Source: the human T2T-CHM13v2.0 reference genome, Homo sapiens
Reading direction: 5' to 3' (one strand)
Assembly: GCF_009914755.1 (NCBI RefSeq)
Contig: NC_060925.1
Length of the DNA: 64,000 nt
Program-made: the position numbers and the translations under genes
The notes under the pieces: model-generated
Databases searched by the model: none
The model's input: only the letters and a program-made list of their open reading frames with translations
Told to the model about the DNA's origin: nothing
Shown here: positions 30,801 through 44,700 of the stretch, piece by piece
Numbering within the stretch: position 1 is the first letter of the stretch
How the letters are laid out: every line of letters begins with the position of its first letter

Positions 30801-33800
30801 CTTTTGATGTGGGCATTTAATGCTCTAAATTTCCCTCTTAACACCACTTTACCTGTGTCCCAGAGATTCTAGGACATTGTCTCTTTGTTCTCATTAGTTT
30901 CAAAGTACTTATTGATTTCTGCCTTAATTTCATTATTTACCCAAGAGTCATTCAGGAGCAGGTTGTTCAGTTTCCATGTAGTTGTGTGGTTTTGAGTGAA
31001 TTTCTTAATCTTGAGTTCTAATTTGATGGTGCTGTGGTCTGAGAGACTGTTATGATTTCAGCTCTTTTGCATTTGCTGAGGAGTGTTTTATTTCCAATTA
31101 TGTGATCAGTTTTAGAGTAAGTGCCATATGTCAATGAGGAGAATGTATATTCTGCTGTTTTGTGGTGGAGAATTCTGTAGATATCTATCAGATCCACTTG
31201 ATCCAGGGCTGAGTTCAGGTCCTTACTATCTTTATTAATTTTCTGTCTTGATTTGTCTAATATTGTCAGTGGGTTGTTAAAGTCTCCCACTATTATTGTG
31301 TGGGAGTCTAAGTAGTCTAAGTGTGTCATTCTTGAAGAACTTGCTTTATGAATCTGGGTGCTCCTATATTGGATGCATATATATTTAGGATAGTTAGCTC
31401 TTGTTGAATTGAACTCTTTACCATTATTAATGCCCTTCTTTATATTTTTTGATCTTTGTTGGCTTAAAGTCTTGTTTTGTCAGAAATTAGGATTGCAACC
31501 CCTACTTTTTTCTGTTTTCCATTTGCTTGGTAAATTTTCCTTCATCCTTTTATTTTGAACCTGTGTATGTCTTGCATGTGAGATGGGTCTCTTGAAGACA
31601 GCACACCAGTGGGTCTTGGCTCTGTCCAGCTTGCCATTCTGTGTCTTTTAATTGGGGCATTTAGCCCAAAAAAAATATATATATATTTTATATTTTTTGA
31701 GATGGAATTTCACTCTGTGTCACCCAGGCTGGAGTGCAATGGTGCAGTCCCAGCTCACGGCAACCTCTGCCTCCCGGGTGAAGCGATTCTCCTGCCTCAG
31801 CCTCCCGAGTAGCTGGGATTACAGGCACCTGCCATCTTTTAGTAGAGATGGGGTTTCACCATGTTGACCAGGCTGGTCTCGAACTCTTGACCTCAGGTGA
31901 TTTGCCTGCCTCAGGCTTCCAAAGTGCTGGGATTACAGGTGTGAGCCACTGTGCCTGGCCTAGCCCATTTATATTTAAGGTTAGTATTATTATATGTGAA
32001 TTTGATCCTGTCATCATGATGCTAGCTGGTTATTTTGCAGACTTGTTTATGTAGTTGCTTCATAGTGTCACTGGTCTGTGTAGTTCAGTGTGTTTTTGTA
32101 GTGGCTGGTAACAGTTTTTCGTTTCCATATTTAGTGCTTCCTGGTGGTGATGAATTCTCTCAGCCTTTGCTTGTCTGAAAAGGATCTTATTTCTCCTTCA
32201 TTTATGAACCTTAGTTTGGTCAGATATGAAATCTTGGGTTGGAAATTCTTTTCTTTAAGACTGTAGAATATTGGCCCACAATCTCTTCTGGCTTGTAGGG
32301 TTTCCATTGAGAGGTCCTCAGTTAGTCTGATTGGCTTCCCGTTGTAGGTGACCTGGCCTTTCTTTCTGGCTGCCCTTCACTTTTTTTTTTTCATTTCGAC
32401 CTGGAGAATCTGATGATTATGTGTCTGGGGGTTGATCTTCTCATGGAGGATCCTACTGGGGTTCTCTGCACTTCCTGAATTGAATATTGGCCTATCTTGC
32501 CAGGTTGGGTGAGTTCTCTTGAATGATATCCTGAAGTGTGATTTCCAACTTGGTTCCATTCTCCCTGTCCCTTTCAGGTATCCCAATCAGTTGGAGGTTT
32601 GGTCTCTTCATAGAATCCCATATTTCTTGGAGGTTTTGTTCATTCCTTTTCATTCTTTTTTCTCTATTCTTGTCTGCCTGTCTTATTTCAGAAAGATAGT
32701 CTTTAAGCTCTGAAATTCTTTCCTCCACTTGGTCTATTCTGCTATTGATACTTGTGATTGCATTGTGAGGTTCTCGTGTTGTGTGTTTTCAGCTCCATGA
32801 GCTTGGTTATGTTCCTCTCTAAACTGGCTATTCTGGCTATCAGCTTCTGTATTGTTTTATCATGATTCTTAGCTTCTTTGCATTGGGTTACAACATGCTC
32901 CTTTTACTCAGTGAAGTTTGTTATTACCCACCTTCTGAAGTCTACTTCTGTCAGTTCAGTCATCTCAGCCTCAGCCCAGTTCTGTTCCCTTGCTGGAGAG
33001 GTGTTACTGTCATTTGGAGGAGAAGAGCCACTCTGGCTTTTTGAGTTTTCAGCACTGATTCTTTGCTTATCTTTGTGGGCTTATCTACCTTCAATCTTTG
33101 AGGTTGCTGGCCTTTCAATAGGGTTTTGTGGGATTCTTTTTGTTGATCTTTTTGTTGTTGTTGTTTTCTGTTTGTTTTTCTTTTCATAGTCAGGCCACTC
33201 TACCGTAGGGCTGCTGCAGTTTGCTGGGGGTCTGCTCCAGACCTTGGTTGCCTTGGTTTTTCCTGTACCTGGAGATATCACCAGTGAAGGCTGCAAAACA
33301 GCAAAGATGGCTGCCAGCTCCTTCCTGTGGAAGCTCTGTGCCAGGGGGATACTGACCTGTTGCTGGCCAGAACATATCTGTAAGAGGTGGCTGGAGACCC
33401 CTGTTTGGAGGTCTCACCCAGTCAGGTGGAATGGTATCAGGGACCCATTTAAAGATGAGTCTTGCTGCTTTTTGTCTGAGGAGGTGTGCTGCATTGTGGC
33501 AGACCCTTCCTCATCTGGACTGTTTGCATTCTCCAAAGCCAGCAGGCTGGAATGGTTGAGTCCACTGAACCACAGAGATGGCAGCCACCTCTCCCCCTGG
33601 GAGCTGCATCCGAGGGAGAGGTCAGAGTTCTGTTAATAGAACCCTTGTTGGCGTGGCTGAAGCCCCCACAGGGAGGTCCCTCCCAGTAAGGAGGAATGAA
33701 TCGGGGTCCCACTTAACGAAGCAATCTGGCCACAGTGTGGCAAAGCAGCTGTGCTGCATTGTGGGGGGCCCTTCCTCATCTGGACCATTTGTATTCTCCA

Positions 33801-33905
33801 AAGCTGGCAGGCTGGAAAGGCCAAGTCTACTGGACCAAAGAGATGGTGGCTGCCCCTCTCCCTGGAAACTCGGACCTATCTCAGGCAGATTCCAGCCTGT
33901 TGCTG
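27813..33905 (-). mobile_element. Near full-length older L1PA (L1PA13-like), 5' terminus missing
   Basis: 3'UTR aggtattaagcccagcatc; ORF2 fragments (29081..31329), ORF1 fragments (32492..33187), GC-richer 5'UTR 33190-33905. Confidence 0.9.
31668..31960 (-). mobile_element. AluS nested in L1 ORF2, with internal linker deletion
   Basis: TSD tagccca; (TA)n-degenerate tail; mid-Alu junction gccatcttttagtagag lacks about 20 bp. Confidence 0.9.
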
Positions 33906-33914
33906 TTGTATGCC

Positions 33915-34568
33915 TAAGTTAAGTTGGTATAAATTCAAAATAGATTGTTATAACTATAGGATATTATATGTAATTCCCATGGTAGCCACAAAGAAAATAT
34001 CTATAGAATGTACACAAAAGGAAATGAGAAAGGCATCAAAATGTGCCTCTGTAAAAAAAAGGTCAACAAAACACAAAGAAAACTGGTCATGGAGAAAATG
34101 AGGGTCAAAAATACTGTAAGATATAAAGGAGGCAAAATGGCAAAAGTAAGTCCTTCCATATTAGTAATCGAGACTCTGTCTTAAACAAAACAAAACAAAA
34201 CAAAAGAAACAAACAAGCAAACGAAAAACGTCCAGTCAAAAGCATAGATTGGCAGAATGAATTAAAGAAAAACATGATCTAACTGCATGCTATGAGAGAC
34301 CCACTTTAGATCTAAAGGTTGAAAGTGAAAGCATAGAACAAGATGTAAATAGTAACAAAAAGAGAGCTTTGGTGTCTACACTAATATCATAAAATAGAAT
34401 TTAAGTCAAAAATTTTTACAAGAAAAAAGGACATTATATGTTGATAAAAGGGTCAATTTACCTAGAAGATACAACAATTCAAAACATATATGCACCAAAC
34501 ATCAGAGCTCCACAATATACGAAGCAAATGTTGACAGAAATGAAGGGAGTAATAGACAACTCTGCAAT
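33915..34568 (+). mobile_element. Old L1M fragment (inter-ORF region and ORF2 endonuclease start)
   Basis: gtaattcccatggtagccacaaagaaaata; aacatatatgcaccaaacatcagagc (NIYAPN motif). Confidence 0.8.
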
Positions 34569-35219
34569 CAAATGCCTGAATAATGCAGTATGTGGGCTAG
34601 TCCAGCCTCTCTCATGATTTCCACATCACTTTGATGTGGACATCCTGGACATCTGCAGTTTTCAGTTACTTCCTGTTTCCTGCTGGCATTTAAGTCCCTT
34701 GTACTTTATGTGAATTCTTACTTCAGTTATACTGCCCCTACAACTTGCAATGAACATTCTCACTTTGGTTGTATCACTTTCCACCCTCCTGCCTGAAATC
34801 TGATGCTTTCCTTCAAGCTCCATCCCCACTAGGAAGCCTTTTGTATGAGCTAAGATTAACAACTTGCATCCTTTACCCTCCACGTGTTGCATATACCTAT
34901 ACCACTCATTTAGCACATCACATTTGATACTTATTTATTTGACACATGTAGCTATATTTAATCTATTTGTTTGGTCTCCTCCATAACCAGAGCTTTATTT
35001 CCATGGGGGCTAATGCTCCTTTAAGTTTCTGGCAATGATTACTGTTATATAGATGCAGAATCTTATTTTTTTAATGAATTAACAGATGTCTCCCTAAATT
35101 AGGCCCAAATACTGATCTTAATCCTAAGGATTAGCTAATAGAAGCATCATAGGTATTAAGTTGGACAGATATGGCCAAACTGTTTAATTTTGTGAGCTTC
35201 AGTTTCATGTGCTAATGCC

Positions 35220-35298
35220 ATATCTATCTATCTATCCATCTATCTATCCATCCATCCATCCATCCATCCATCCATCCATCCATCCATCCGTCTATCTA
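35220..35298. repeat. Compound (TCTA)n/(TCCA)n microsatellite
   Basis: Seen directly; about 10 TCCA units flanked by TCTA units. Confidence 0.95.
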
Positions 35299-35304
35299 TG
35301 TCTA

Positions 35305-35460
35305 GCTTGACCATCACAACAGTCTAAGGAGAAGCTATGCTTATCCCTGTTTTTCAGATGAGGAAACTGAGACCCAGAGACATTAAGTAATTTGCCAAAA
35401 TTACCCAACTCACACATGAAAGAGTCAAGGTTTGAACCTAGATCTCCCTGACTCCACTGC
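35305..35460 (-). mobile_element. MIR SINE
   Basis: Core ttttcagatgaggaaactgagacccagagacattaagtaatttgcc. Confidence 0.8.
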
Positions 35461-35571
35461 TTGTTATTTTAAACATCTACAATATTTACCTTTCAGTTCT
35501 TGAACTTAATCTTGCCTGAGATCTAAGTTCAAGCCTTTCATTATCCACATCCCCCCATATCTAATGATAGT

Positions 35572-35970
35572 TGTGGTAGGCAGAATAATATCCCCCCAAA
35601 GATGTCTGCATCCCAATCCTGGAACCTATGAATATTTTACCTTGCATGACAAAAAGGGACTTTGCAGATGAGATTAAGTTAAGGATCTTTAGATGGAGAG
35701 ACTATCTTTGCTATCCATGTGAACCCAATGTAATCATAGGGTGCTCATAAAGGAAAGAGGGAGGCAGGAGTCAAAGTCAGAGAGAGATTTGAAGATGCTC
35801 AACTGCTTTTGAAGATGGAGAAAGGGACCAAAGCCAAGGAATTCACTGACACCTTGATTTTAGCCCAGTGAGACTCACTTTGACCTCCAGAACTGTAAAA
35901 TAATAGATTTGTGTTGCTTGAAGCCACTAAATTTATAGTAATTTGTTATGGCAGCAATAGGAGACTAATA
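35572..35970 (+). mobile_element. MLT1D-like MaLR solo LTR (terminal CA displaced to 37012-37013)
   Basis: Starts tgtggtaggcagaataat; ends gcagcaataggagactaata; 5-bp TSD atagt/atagg. Confidence 0.85.
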
Positions 35971-37009
35971 CAGTTGACCCTCGAACGACACAGGTTTGAA
36001 CTGTGAGTCCACTTCTACATGAATTTTTTTTTTAGTAAATATATTAGAAATATTTTTGGAGATTTGTGGCAACTTGAAAAAACTCGCAGACAAACCATGT
36101 ATCCTAGAAATATAAAAAAAAAATAAGAAAAAGCTATGTTATGAATGCATAAAATATATGTAGATACTAGTCTATTTTATCATTTACTACCATAAAATGA
36201 TACACACATCTATTCTAAAAAGTAAAAATTTATCAAAACGTATGCAAACAGAGTGTACATGGCATCCTTTGCAGTGGAGAGAAATAGAAACAACATAAAA
36301 AATGCAGTATTAAATCATAATTGCATACAATTAACTGTATACATAAGGTACTGTGGTAATAATCGCTGCATTGCCACCTACATTGCTATTGTGGTGAGCT
36401 CAAGTGTGGGAAGTATCCACTTAAAATGCCATGTGATGCTAACCGTCTGCACATGAGCAGTTTCTCTCTCCAGTAAATTGCATATTGCAATGAAAGTTAT
36501 CTCTTTCAGTTCTCACATTTTTTTTTGTGTTTGGAGCAATACTATAAACTTTGAGTAACACAGCGGGACTCATACGAAGTGCCACTACTGATGCTGGAAG
36601 TGCTCCCAAAAAGCAGAGAAAAGTCATGACATTACAAGTAAAAGCTGAATTGCTTGATGTGTGCTATAAATTGAGATCTGCACTGTGGTTGCCCACCATT
36701 TCGGACAGATGATTCAGCTTGTAAGCAGACAATGTAAACTTACAATATCAATAAGTAAAGTACAGTAGTGTAAATACATTTTCTCTTCCTTATGATTTTC
36801 TTAATATTTTCTTTTCCCTAGCTTACCTTAATTGTAAGAATATAATACATATACAGAATATGTGTTAATTGACCTTTTCTGTTATCAATAAGGCTTCTGG
36901 TCAACAATAGCCTATTAGTAGGTAAGATTTTGGAGATTCAAAAGTTACAGTGAATTTTAACTGTGCAGGTGATTGATGCCTAATTCCCATGTTGTTCAAG
37001 GGTCAACTG
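35971..37009 (+). mobile_element. Tigger2-family non-autonomous DNA transposon
   Basis: TIRs cagttgaccctcgaacgaca / tgttgttcaagggtcaactg; TA duplication at 35969-35970 and 37010-37011. Confidence 0.92.
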
Positions 37010-39059
37010 TACAATAGGTTTTCTGCTTTCCTTACCCTCCTGATGATTTCTGAACTAGTTCTACAGAGTTTCCTCTTTTCCTTTGCATCTCTCCTTCCCA
37101 CTGCCACCATCCAGATTGTTTTCAGAGCGGCACTTCATCAGCTGCATCGTCACCCTCTGAGGGTGTGGAAGGGCTCTCACTTCCACTTAAGGCCATGCCA
37201 TGCTAATTGCCTTTCTGGCTCTTTTCTCTTAAAAGGTGGTGCTTAGAAAGGAAAGGAATAGTCCATATGTGGTCTTAGTAGGACAGGGAACAGTAGGTCT
37301 TTACCTCCCTTAATCCGAATGTTAGATCTCTTCAATGCAATCAAGGTAATGCTTATTTTTTTTTGGCACCCACATCACATCCACTGCTCACTCAGGTTGA
37401 GTTTATTGATAACTACAACCCCAAGCTTTTCATGTCATATTAAAGCAAAAGCCATTATGAGCTGTTCTTATATCTCGTAGAATGTCTGCCATCTTGTGTC
37501 ATGTAGCTTTTGTCTCAGGAAAAAAAAAAAAAAAAAAAGCACAGTACGAATTAATCTCTCCAGGGAAAGATTTAAAGACTAGGATAATAAGGAGAGACAG
37601 ATGGAATTCTGAGAGAAATATGGCAAATTCTAGAGCTAATCTAATTAAAGGGCCATGGGAACTTCTCCCTGGCGCATAAATAAAATATGACAATCAGTGT
37701 CAGCTAAGAAACCCTTAGCAAATACCTAATCTCATTTTTAAATTTATCATTACATAGAACTGTTATCTTTTAACAAATAATGGTATGATGCAAAATAAGC
37801 TGAGAGAAGCCAACAGACACAGGCCAGGCAGCTGCCCAGCCTCTCTGCCCACCCCTCCCTACATACACTTCAGGTGGCATGGGCTCTCCCAGCCATTTCG
37901 ATACATGACACCTCTGTGACCTCGCCAGCTTGAAGGATAAAATGAAAGGTTCTTAGTGAAGGAAAAAGGCGTTCATCTTCACCCCATCGTAATGGGCTCT
38001 GAGGAGGACTGGCAACATGTAGAATCTGGAGAGGAGAGGTCAGGACTGGCTGCAGAGGAGGAAGCTGCTGAGGTGATTAGTAGTTCTCAGAGAGGGCCTT
38101 GTTCTTTCCCTTTAAATTCAAAATGGCAGTGCCTCAAACCCTCTGGGCTTCCTGGAATTTGTGTTTAAATGTTTATGTATTTCCAGGCGAATATTCAAAC
38201 AATGTAGCTAAGATGTGGTACCTTCAAAGCAAGTAAACCAGCTGGCTTCCCTGCTATGATCCCCTTGCACAGCCTGGCCCTTCAGACAGGAGCCTGTATT
38301 CTGAAGGAAGTCCTTACAGAGCAGCTTGGATCTACTACCCCTTAAAAGAAGGAGGAACTGGTGAAATTATTTCCATTAACTTTAAGGTACTCAAGAGGAC
38401 CACAGAGGTCTTATTCTTTTCAGTTTGGATAAATCTGGGGCAGTCCAAAGGTTGCCAAGGGAGGTAGGAAGAAAAGTTTAATTTGCACACTTGAGCTTTA
38501 CAGTCTGTCTGACTTCATTGGAGTTTACTTCTTTTTAAATTGCAGACTCAGGGCTTAAATACTTCCTTACCTTCAGTGACCTTTCCTGAGCCCTCCTGTT
38601 CCTGATAAGCTGCAGGGCAGTGCTTTCTTTCCTATGATGTGTTGTCATATTAACACACACACCCAGAGTGATTACTGTGTTCACTTCCCCTGGATGTGCT
38701 TCATCTTTGTTGAGTTAAAATCAAATTGCTTTCTACTTCAGTAAATCCAATTCAGCCTTCTTACTGACCATGGGTTAAAGTTTTAATTTAAAATTCCCTT
38801 TCTTTTAAAAATTAGCAATTCAAATTCAAGGTGGTAAAGCAGCCCACATTCTGAGATTGTTGGTGTTGGAAAGGGCCTTAGCTATCGTCTGTCCTGCGTG
38901 ATGCTTCTGTTGAATTATCTCAAGGACAGAATAGTTACTACTTTGAACAGATTAGGTGGAATGATGTAAATGAAAGTGCTTTGTAACTTGTAGGACATTA
39001 AAAAATAAATATTATTAGCATTTATAAAGATGCTTTTTCCATTGTTGCCAATGTTACTT

Positions 39060-39525
<466 letters not shown>

Positions 39526-40464
39526 AGCATACTGTACTTACTAGCTTAAGCTTTATATATTATAACATGTGTTTTCCTGTTGAACTCCTGTCTTCCTTCT
39601 TGTGGGTATAAACTAGAATAACTTTATAGATCGCTTGGGAACATTTTTCACCTCAAGCGGCCATTCCTGTCCAGGTGTGGGATGTGCAACACAGTGGTCC
39701 AAGAGATGATTTTCAGAGTCACAAGGACATGGCATGGGGTACCATTGACTCACGTTCTCCTGCTAAGGTGAAAGTCTCAATTTGCTGCTAGTGCATCTTT
39801 AACCTTCTCTAACTCTCATTTCCCTTTGTTATAAAGACAGAGCTCAGCAGACTTCTGTCCCAAAATCTTTGGCCAACAGCAAACCATATTTGTATGGTTA
39901 TCTTCTAATTATGGGGAGTGATTTTCATATCCCAGTGATAGTGATACCAAAAAAGAATAAAAGTATCCTTTAAATTGACAAGCACCATGAAGTGGTTTGA
40001 GACTGGCTGGTGTTTGGGACATGGCTTTCCACGGAGCTTGAGAGATGGGCCATGGATCAGATTACTGCCCACTGTGACAGACAACACACAATTTGCCATT
40101 TCCTATGGCAGTCTTTGACATATCTGAAGTCAGTGCTCATGTGTCCTTTCAGCCTTCCCTTCTTTAGGTCTCACCCTTCCAGTTTCTTCACATGTTCCTT
40201 ATTTGATGTTCTCCTGCAATGGTGACTGGAGTCTATCAGTTTTTCTTTTGAGGAAGCTCCCTGTTCATCATTTTTATAGAAGGAGCCCTTGTTCTGATAT
40301 CAGAGAGCAGTTCCTCAAGTTGGTTGAGAAAGGGAAGTCAGGGAGCAAAGGAGAGTTAATAGGGATGACATGGAAGAATTGCAGTGATAGGGATGCCTGG
40401 GAATTGTTAGGAGAACACTTAGGTCCTTAGATGTCTTTATGTTGGTGTACAAAATAGGGGTTAT

Positions 40465-41573
40465 CAAAACTATAAAAACCCTGGAAGATAACTGAGGCAA
40501 TACCATTCAGGACATAGACATGGGCCAAGATTTCATGATGAAGATGCCAAAGCAATTGCAACAAAAGCAAAAATTGACAAATTGGATCTAATTAAACTTA
40601 AGAGCTTTTGCACAGCAGAAAAAACTATCAACACAGTAAACAGACAACCTACAGAATGGGAGAAAATTTTTACAAACTGCATCCAACGAAGGTCTAATAT
40701 CCAGCATCTATAGGGAACTTAAACAAATTTACAAGAAAAAAAACAAACAACCCCATTAAAAAGTGGGCAAAGGACATGAACAGACACTTTTCAAAAGAAG
40801 ACATACATGCAGACAACAATCATATGAAAAAAGCTCCACATCACTGATCATGAGAGAGGTGTAAATCAAAACCACAGTGAGATACCATCTAACACCAGTC
40901 AGAATGGATATTATTAAAAAGTAAAAGAATAACAGATACTGGCGAGGTTGTGGAGAAAAAAACGCTTATATGCTGTCGGTGGGAGTGTAAATTAGTTCAG
41001 CCATTGTGGAAGACACTGTGGTGATTCCTCAAAGACCTAAAGACAGGAATATCATTTGACCCAACAATTCTATTGTGGGGTATATACCCAAAGGAATATA
41101 AATCTTTCTATTATAAAGACACATGCATGTGTATGTTCACTGCAGCACTAGTCACAACAGCAAAGATATGGAATCAATCTAAATGCCAATCAATGATAGA
41201 CTGGATAAAGAAAATGTGGTACATATATACCATGGAATACTATGCAGCCATAAAAAAGAATGCGATAGGGACCTGGATGGAGCGGGAGGCCATTATCCTT
41301 AGCAAACTAACACAGAAACAGAAAACCAAACACCGCATGTTCTCACTTATAAGTGGGAGCTAAATGGTGAGAACACATGGACATATAGAGGGGAACAATG
41401 CACACTAGGGCCTATTGAAGAATTGGAGGGTTGAAGGAGGAAGAAGACTAGGAAAAATAACTAATGGGTACTAGGCTTAATACCTGGGTGATGAAATAGT
41501 TTGCACAACACACCTCCATGACACAAGTTTACCTACATGCCCCTGAACTTAAAAGTTAAAAAAACACAAAAAT
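40465..41573 (+). mobile_element. 5'-truncated older L1PA
   Basis: ORF2 C-terminus (ORF 41073..41363) and 3'UTR; 14-bp TSD aaaataggggttat at 40451-40464 and 41574-41587. Confidence 0.92.
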
Positions 41574-42909
41574 AAAATAGGGGTTATAAGCAAAATGTGT
41601 GCAACAGGTGGTACATGTGTAAAGACTGTCAAGATTGGGTTGAAAAGTCTGTGAGAGTGCCTTTGCAGCTTGCTTCTCTGAGCCTTAAGGTGTTCCACCT
41701 CTAAAATTGGTTGAAATGAGGTATTGTATGGAAAAGGCTTTGGTAAACCAGGAAGTGCTATACAAATGTCAAATATTAGTTTTTTCATTAGTTATATTGT
41801 TATTTTATGTCACTGTTATAACATTGACATTCTGTTCAGTGTTTATCCTGGTTTCTCTTCAGATCATATAAATCTTGTGACTTTTACGAAAGATTCCCAT
41901 GAAGAGGAACAACTCTGAGACTTAAACCAATTTTTCAGCCTTGGTGCTTTGTATAAAGGATCCAGCACTCCCCAGTAGTCCTTTCATAAAAGAGCCCTGC
42001 CATTCCCAAGTCCATTGTCATGATTTATTGCTTGCTTGTTGGGATTTCACCATCTAGAGGTTTTTAATCAAGAAAGCCTATGGTTGTTTTAGTATCCAAA
42101 TCCATGCATGTTAAATAATGACTTTTTATTGTCTTTATAATGTCTGCCAACCTGGCTGGGTATAAAATTCTTGAGTATGCCCTGCTCCCCACCTCCATCC
42201 AAACTGTATAGGGAGTGTTACTTGGCGTTGAATATTGCCTTGGAAGCCAGCTTTAATTTTGCCCTTTGTACATGACTTGAGTTTTTTCAGAGAATCAGTC
42301 AGGATTCATTCTTTCTTCTTTGGATTTCAGTGATTTTACCAGGACATCTTGGTGTTGGTCATAATATTTCAATTTGTTTTTTAGGAGCTGTGTGATCTTT
42401 TATTTGTAGGTTTAGTTTGGTTTCCTATTTATTTTTTCTTCTCAAGGGACATCAATTGTCCATATTTTTGTTTGCCTTGTGTATATATCATCTTCCTTTT
42501 CATTATTTTTTTTTTACCTTTTCCTTTGCATTTTGCTATTTTCTCAAGTTGATATTCCATACCATTGACTCTATTTTCAGCTGTAACTGTGCCTCTTGCT
42601 GCTTCTGAGATGGCTTCATATTATGAATGAACTGAGCAGAACACCCAGGCAGGCATCAGTTGGCCTATGGTAAATCTTCCTAGGTTATCATAAAAAAATT
42701 AACATTACCATAGCTCAGATTAATAGTTGGCCAATAGCTGCCTTCTTCTCCCCAGCTCAACACATGCTTGAACTCTCCATTCTCCTGAGTAAAGGACCTT
42801 GGAAAAACACTCCTTAAGAACTGGAGAAGGTTGTATTGGTTTTAGTATCTGCCATTAATTTTATCCACATTTTACAGTATTTGGCAGGTATTCTCATGGT
42901 TTTAAGAAG

Positions 42910-43130
42910 CAATATAGTGTTAAGAGCATAGTTATGGAGAAAACTGCCTGGGTTTTAATTAAAATTTTTCCAGTTGCTAGCCATGTGAGGTTGGGCAAGC
43001 TACTTAACCTCTTGATTCCTCAGTTTTCCTCATTTGTGAAGGAGGTTAGTAATAGCACTGCTATGAGATGAAATGAATTAATATTTGTAAAATGCTTATA
43101 ACCCTGCTGGGTACAAAGTAGGTGTCTTGA
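42910..43130 (+). mobile_element. MIR SINE
   Basis: ttgggcaagctacttaacctc...cctcagttttcctcatttgtgaa. Confidence 0.75.
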
Positions 43131-43199
43131 AGTGATCATAAGATGCATTGTCAATAAACTTTCCTCCCCAATTTCTCAATCACTTTGCTCATTTCAGTG

Positions 43200-43990
43200 G
43201 GTTTCACAGAGGTGTCATTAACTGTCTTTATTCCATTATATTGTGCCAGAGGTTGCCTGATTTGTTTTGCTCATAACGGGATTGTTTTAATTATTCATTT
43301 AGAATTGCATCCAGAATATATAACTGGCTGGCTAGTCTGTGCTTCTTAGATTCTGTTTTTTTTCTCTTCTTGAAACGAGAATACTTGTCAATCTTTGATC
43401 TTCAGTAAGTCCATGATTTCTCAAGGTCTATTGAGTATATTTCTGTCATCATGTCTGTCAGTTCTTTTAGTACTAGATCCTGACTGATTTGACCTCAGTT
43501 GGGGACATGAACTCATTTGAAATGGCTAGGTACTCTCTTTCTATCTTTTTACCTCTCTTGGGCTTCAATTCCTCCTAAATTATGCTACCACTATCTTTTT
43601 CAATCTGAAGATCATTTTCTTTAATAGAGATGAAGGCTGAGAATTTGAGCTATGTCATTCTGCCCTGTCTTCTCTCTTATCTATTATCACTGTGCCCTAG
43701 ATACTGGGCACTTCCCTGCCTGGTTGACTTTCTTGTCCTGCTCCGTTTGTTTGTGTGTTTGTTTGAAGCACACCTTTGTGCTGTCCTTAGTATATTTACA
43801 GGAAGTGGAGCTCATTCTGGCCTTTGGTCTTCTTGACATTTTTCTTACTGCTTTGTGACCCCCTTGGGCTTACTCCTGGTTGCTTCCCTTCTGTGGATCT
43901 TTGTACATGTCCTTTGAAAATTTCTGCCTTTCAGACAGCTTCCTTTTCAATCTCAGAAGTACTTGTAGATACTTTACCCACCTTGTCTGC
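43200..43990. mobile_element. Ancient CR1/L3-like LINE fragment
   Basis: Degenerate motifs ccatgatttctcaagg, tctgtcagttcttttagtact, tgaactcatttga; weak similarity from recall. Confidence 0.4.
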
Positions 43991-44049
43991 CTTGGCATTA
44001 TTGTACTAATTAATGTCTTGGGGCACTTGGGAAAGATACCTGTTGTTCC

Positions 44050-44160
44050 TTAACTCCCTGACCTGGGGGTTTGGTTTGGGAGAGGTGAGAAGAGGCCCAG
44101 AAATCTGCATTTCCACAAACCTCCCAGGTGATTTTGATGCACGTGACCCCCAGATCACAC
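44050..44160. mobile_element. MER5-like hAT fragment
   Basis: ggcccagaaatctgcatttccacaaacctcccaggtgattttgatgca. Confidence 0.75.
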
Positions 44161-44516
44161 TCATGCCTAACTAGTTTTGTGCAGAAGCTCCTAACCTCTT
44201 TTTTCTGATCAAGCTGTCCATGAAGCTGAGTTGATGAGTGACCTCTGGTGAGTGCAGGGGGACTCCCTGGGGCTTACCCCAGGGTCAGGTGCAATGGTTC
44301 TTGGCTTGAAGCCAGCTCTAATTCTGTGCCTTCCTTTGCCACTCAAGAAAGACAACTGAATATCTGAACTTGAATCTGTTTTCATTATAAAGAATTAAAT
44401 AACTCGCAGTTTTAGTGCTTTATTACTTCCTCCAACATATCTTCCACTCCATTACTGGTGTGCTGTCCCCTGGAGGTGGGAAAATGACTCACTCAGCATC
44501 CTTTCCTTGGCTATTT

Positions 44517-44700
44517 CTTTCTTTTCTTTTCTTTTTTTAAGAAACTGGGGTCTCTCTCTGTTGTCCAGGCTGGAGTGCAGTGGCTATTCATAGGTTTATC
44601 ATAATGCACTATACCCTTGAACTCCTGGGCTCAAGGAGGCTGGGCTACTCCTCAGCCTCTTGAGTAGCTGGGACTATAGGTAGGCGCCACCACATCTGGC
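44517..44700 (-). mobile_element. FAM (fossil Alu monomer)
   Basis: gctggagtgcagtggctattcatagg diagnostic; TSD cttggctattt at 44506-44516 and 44707-44717. Confidence 0.85.
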
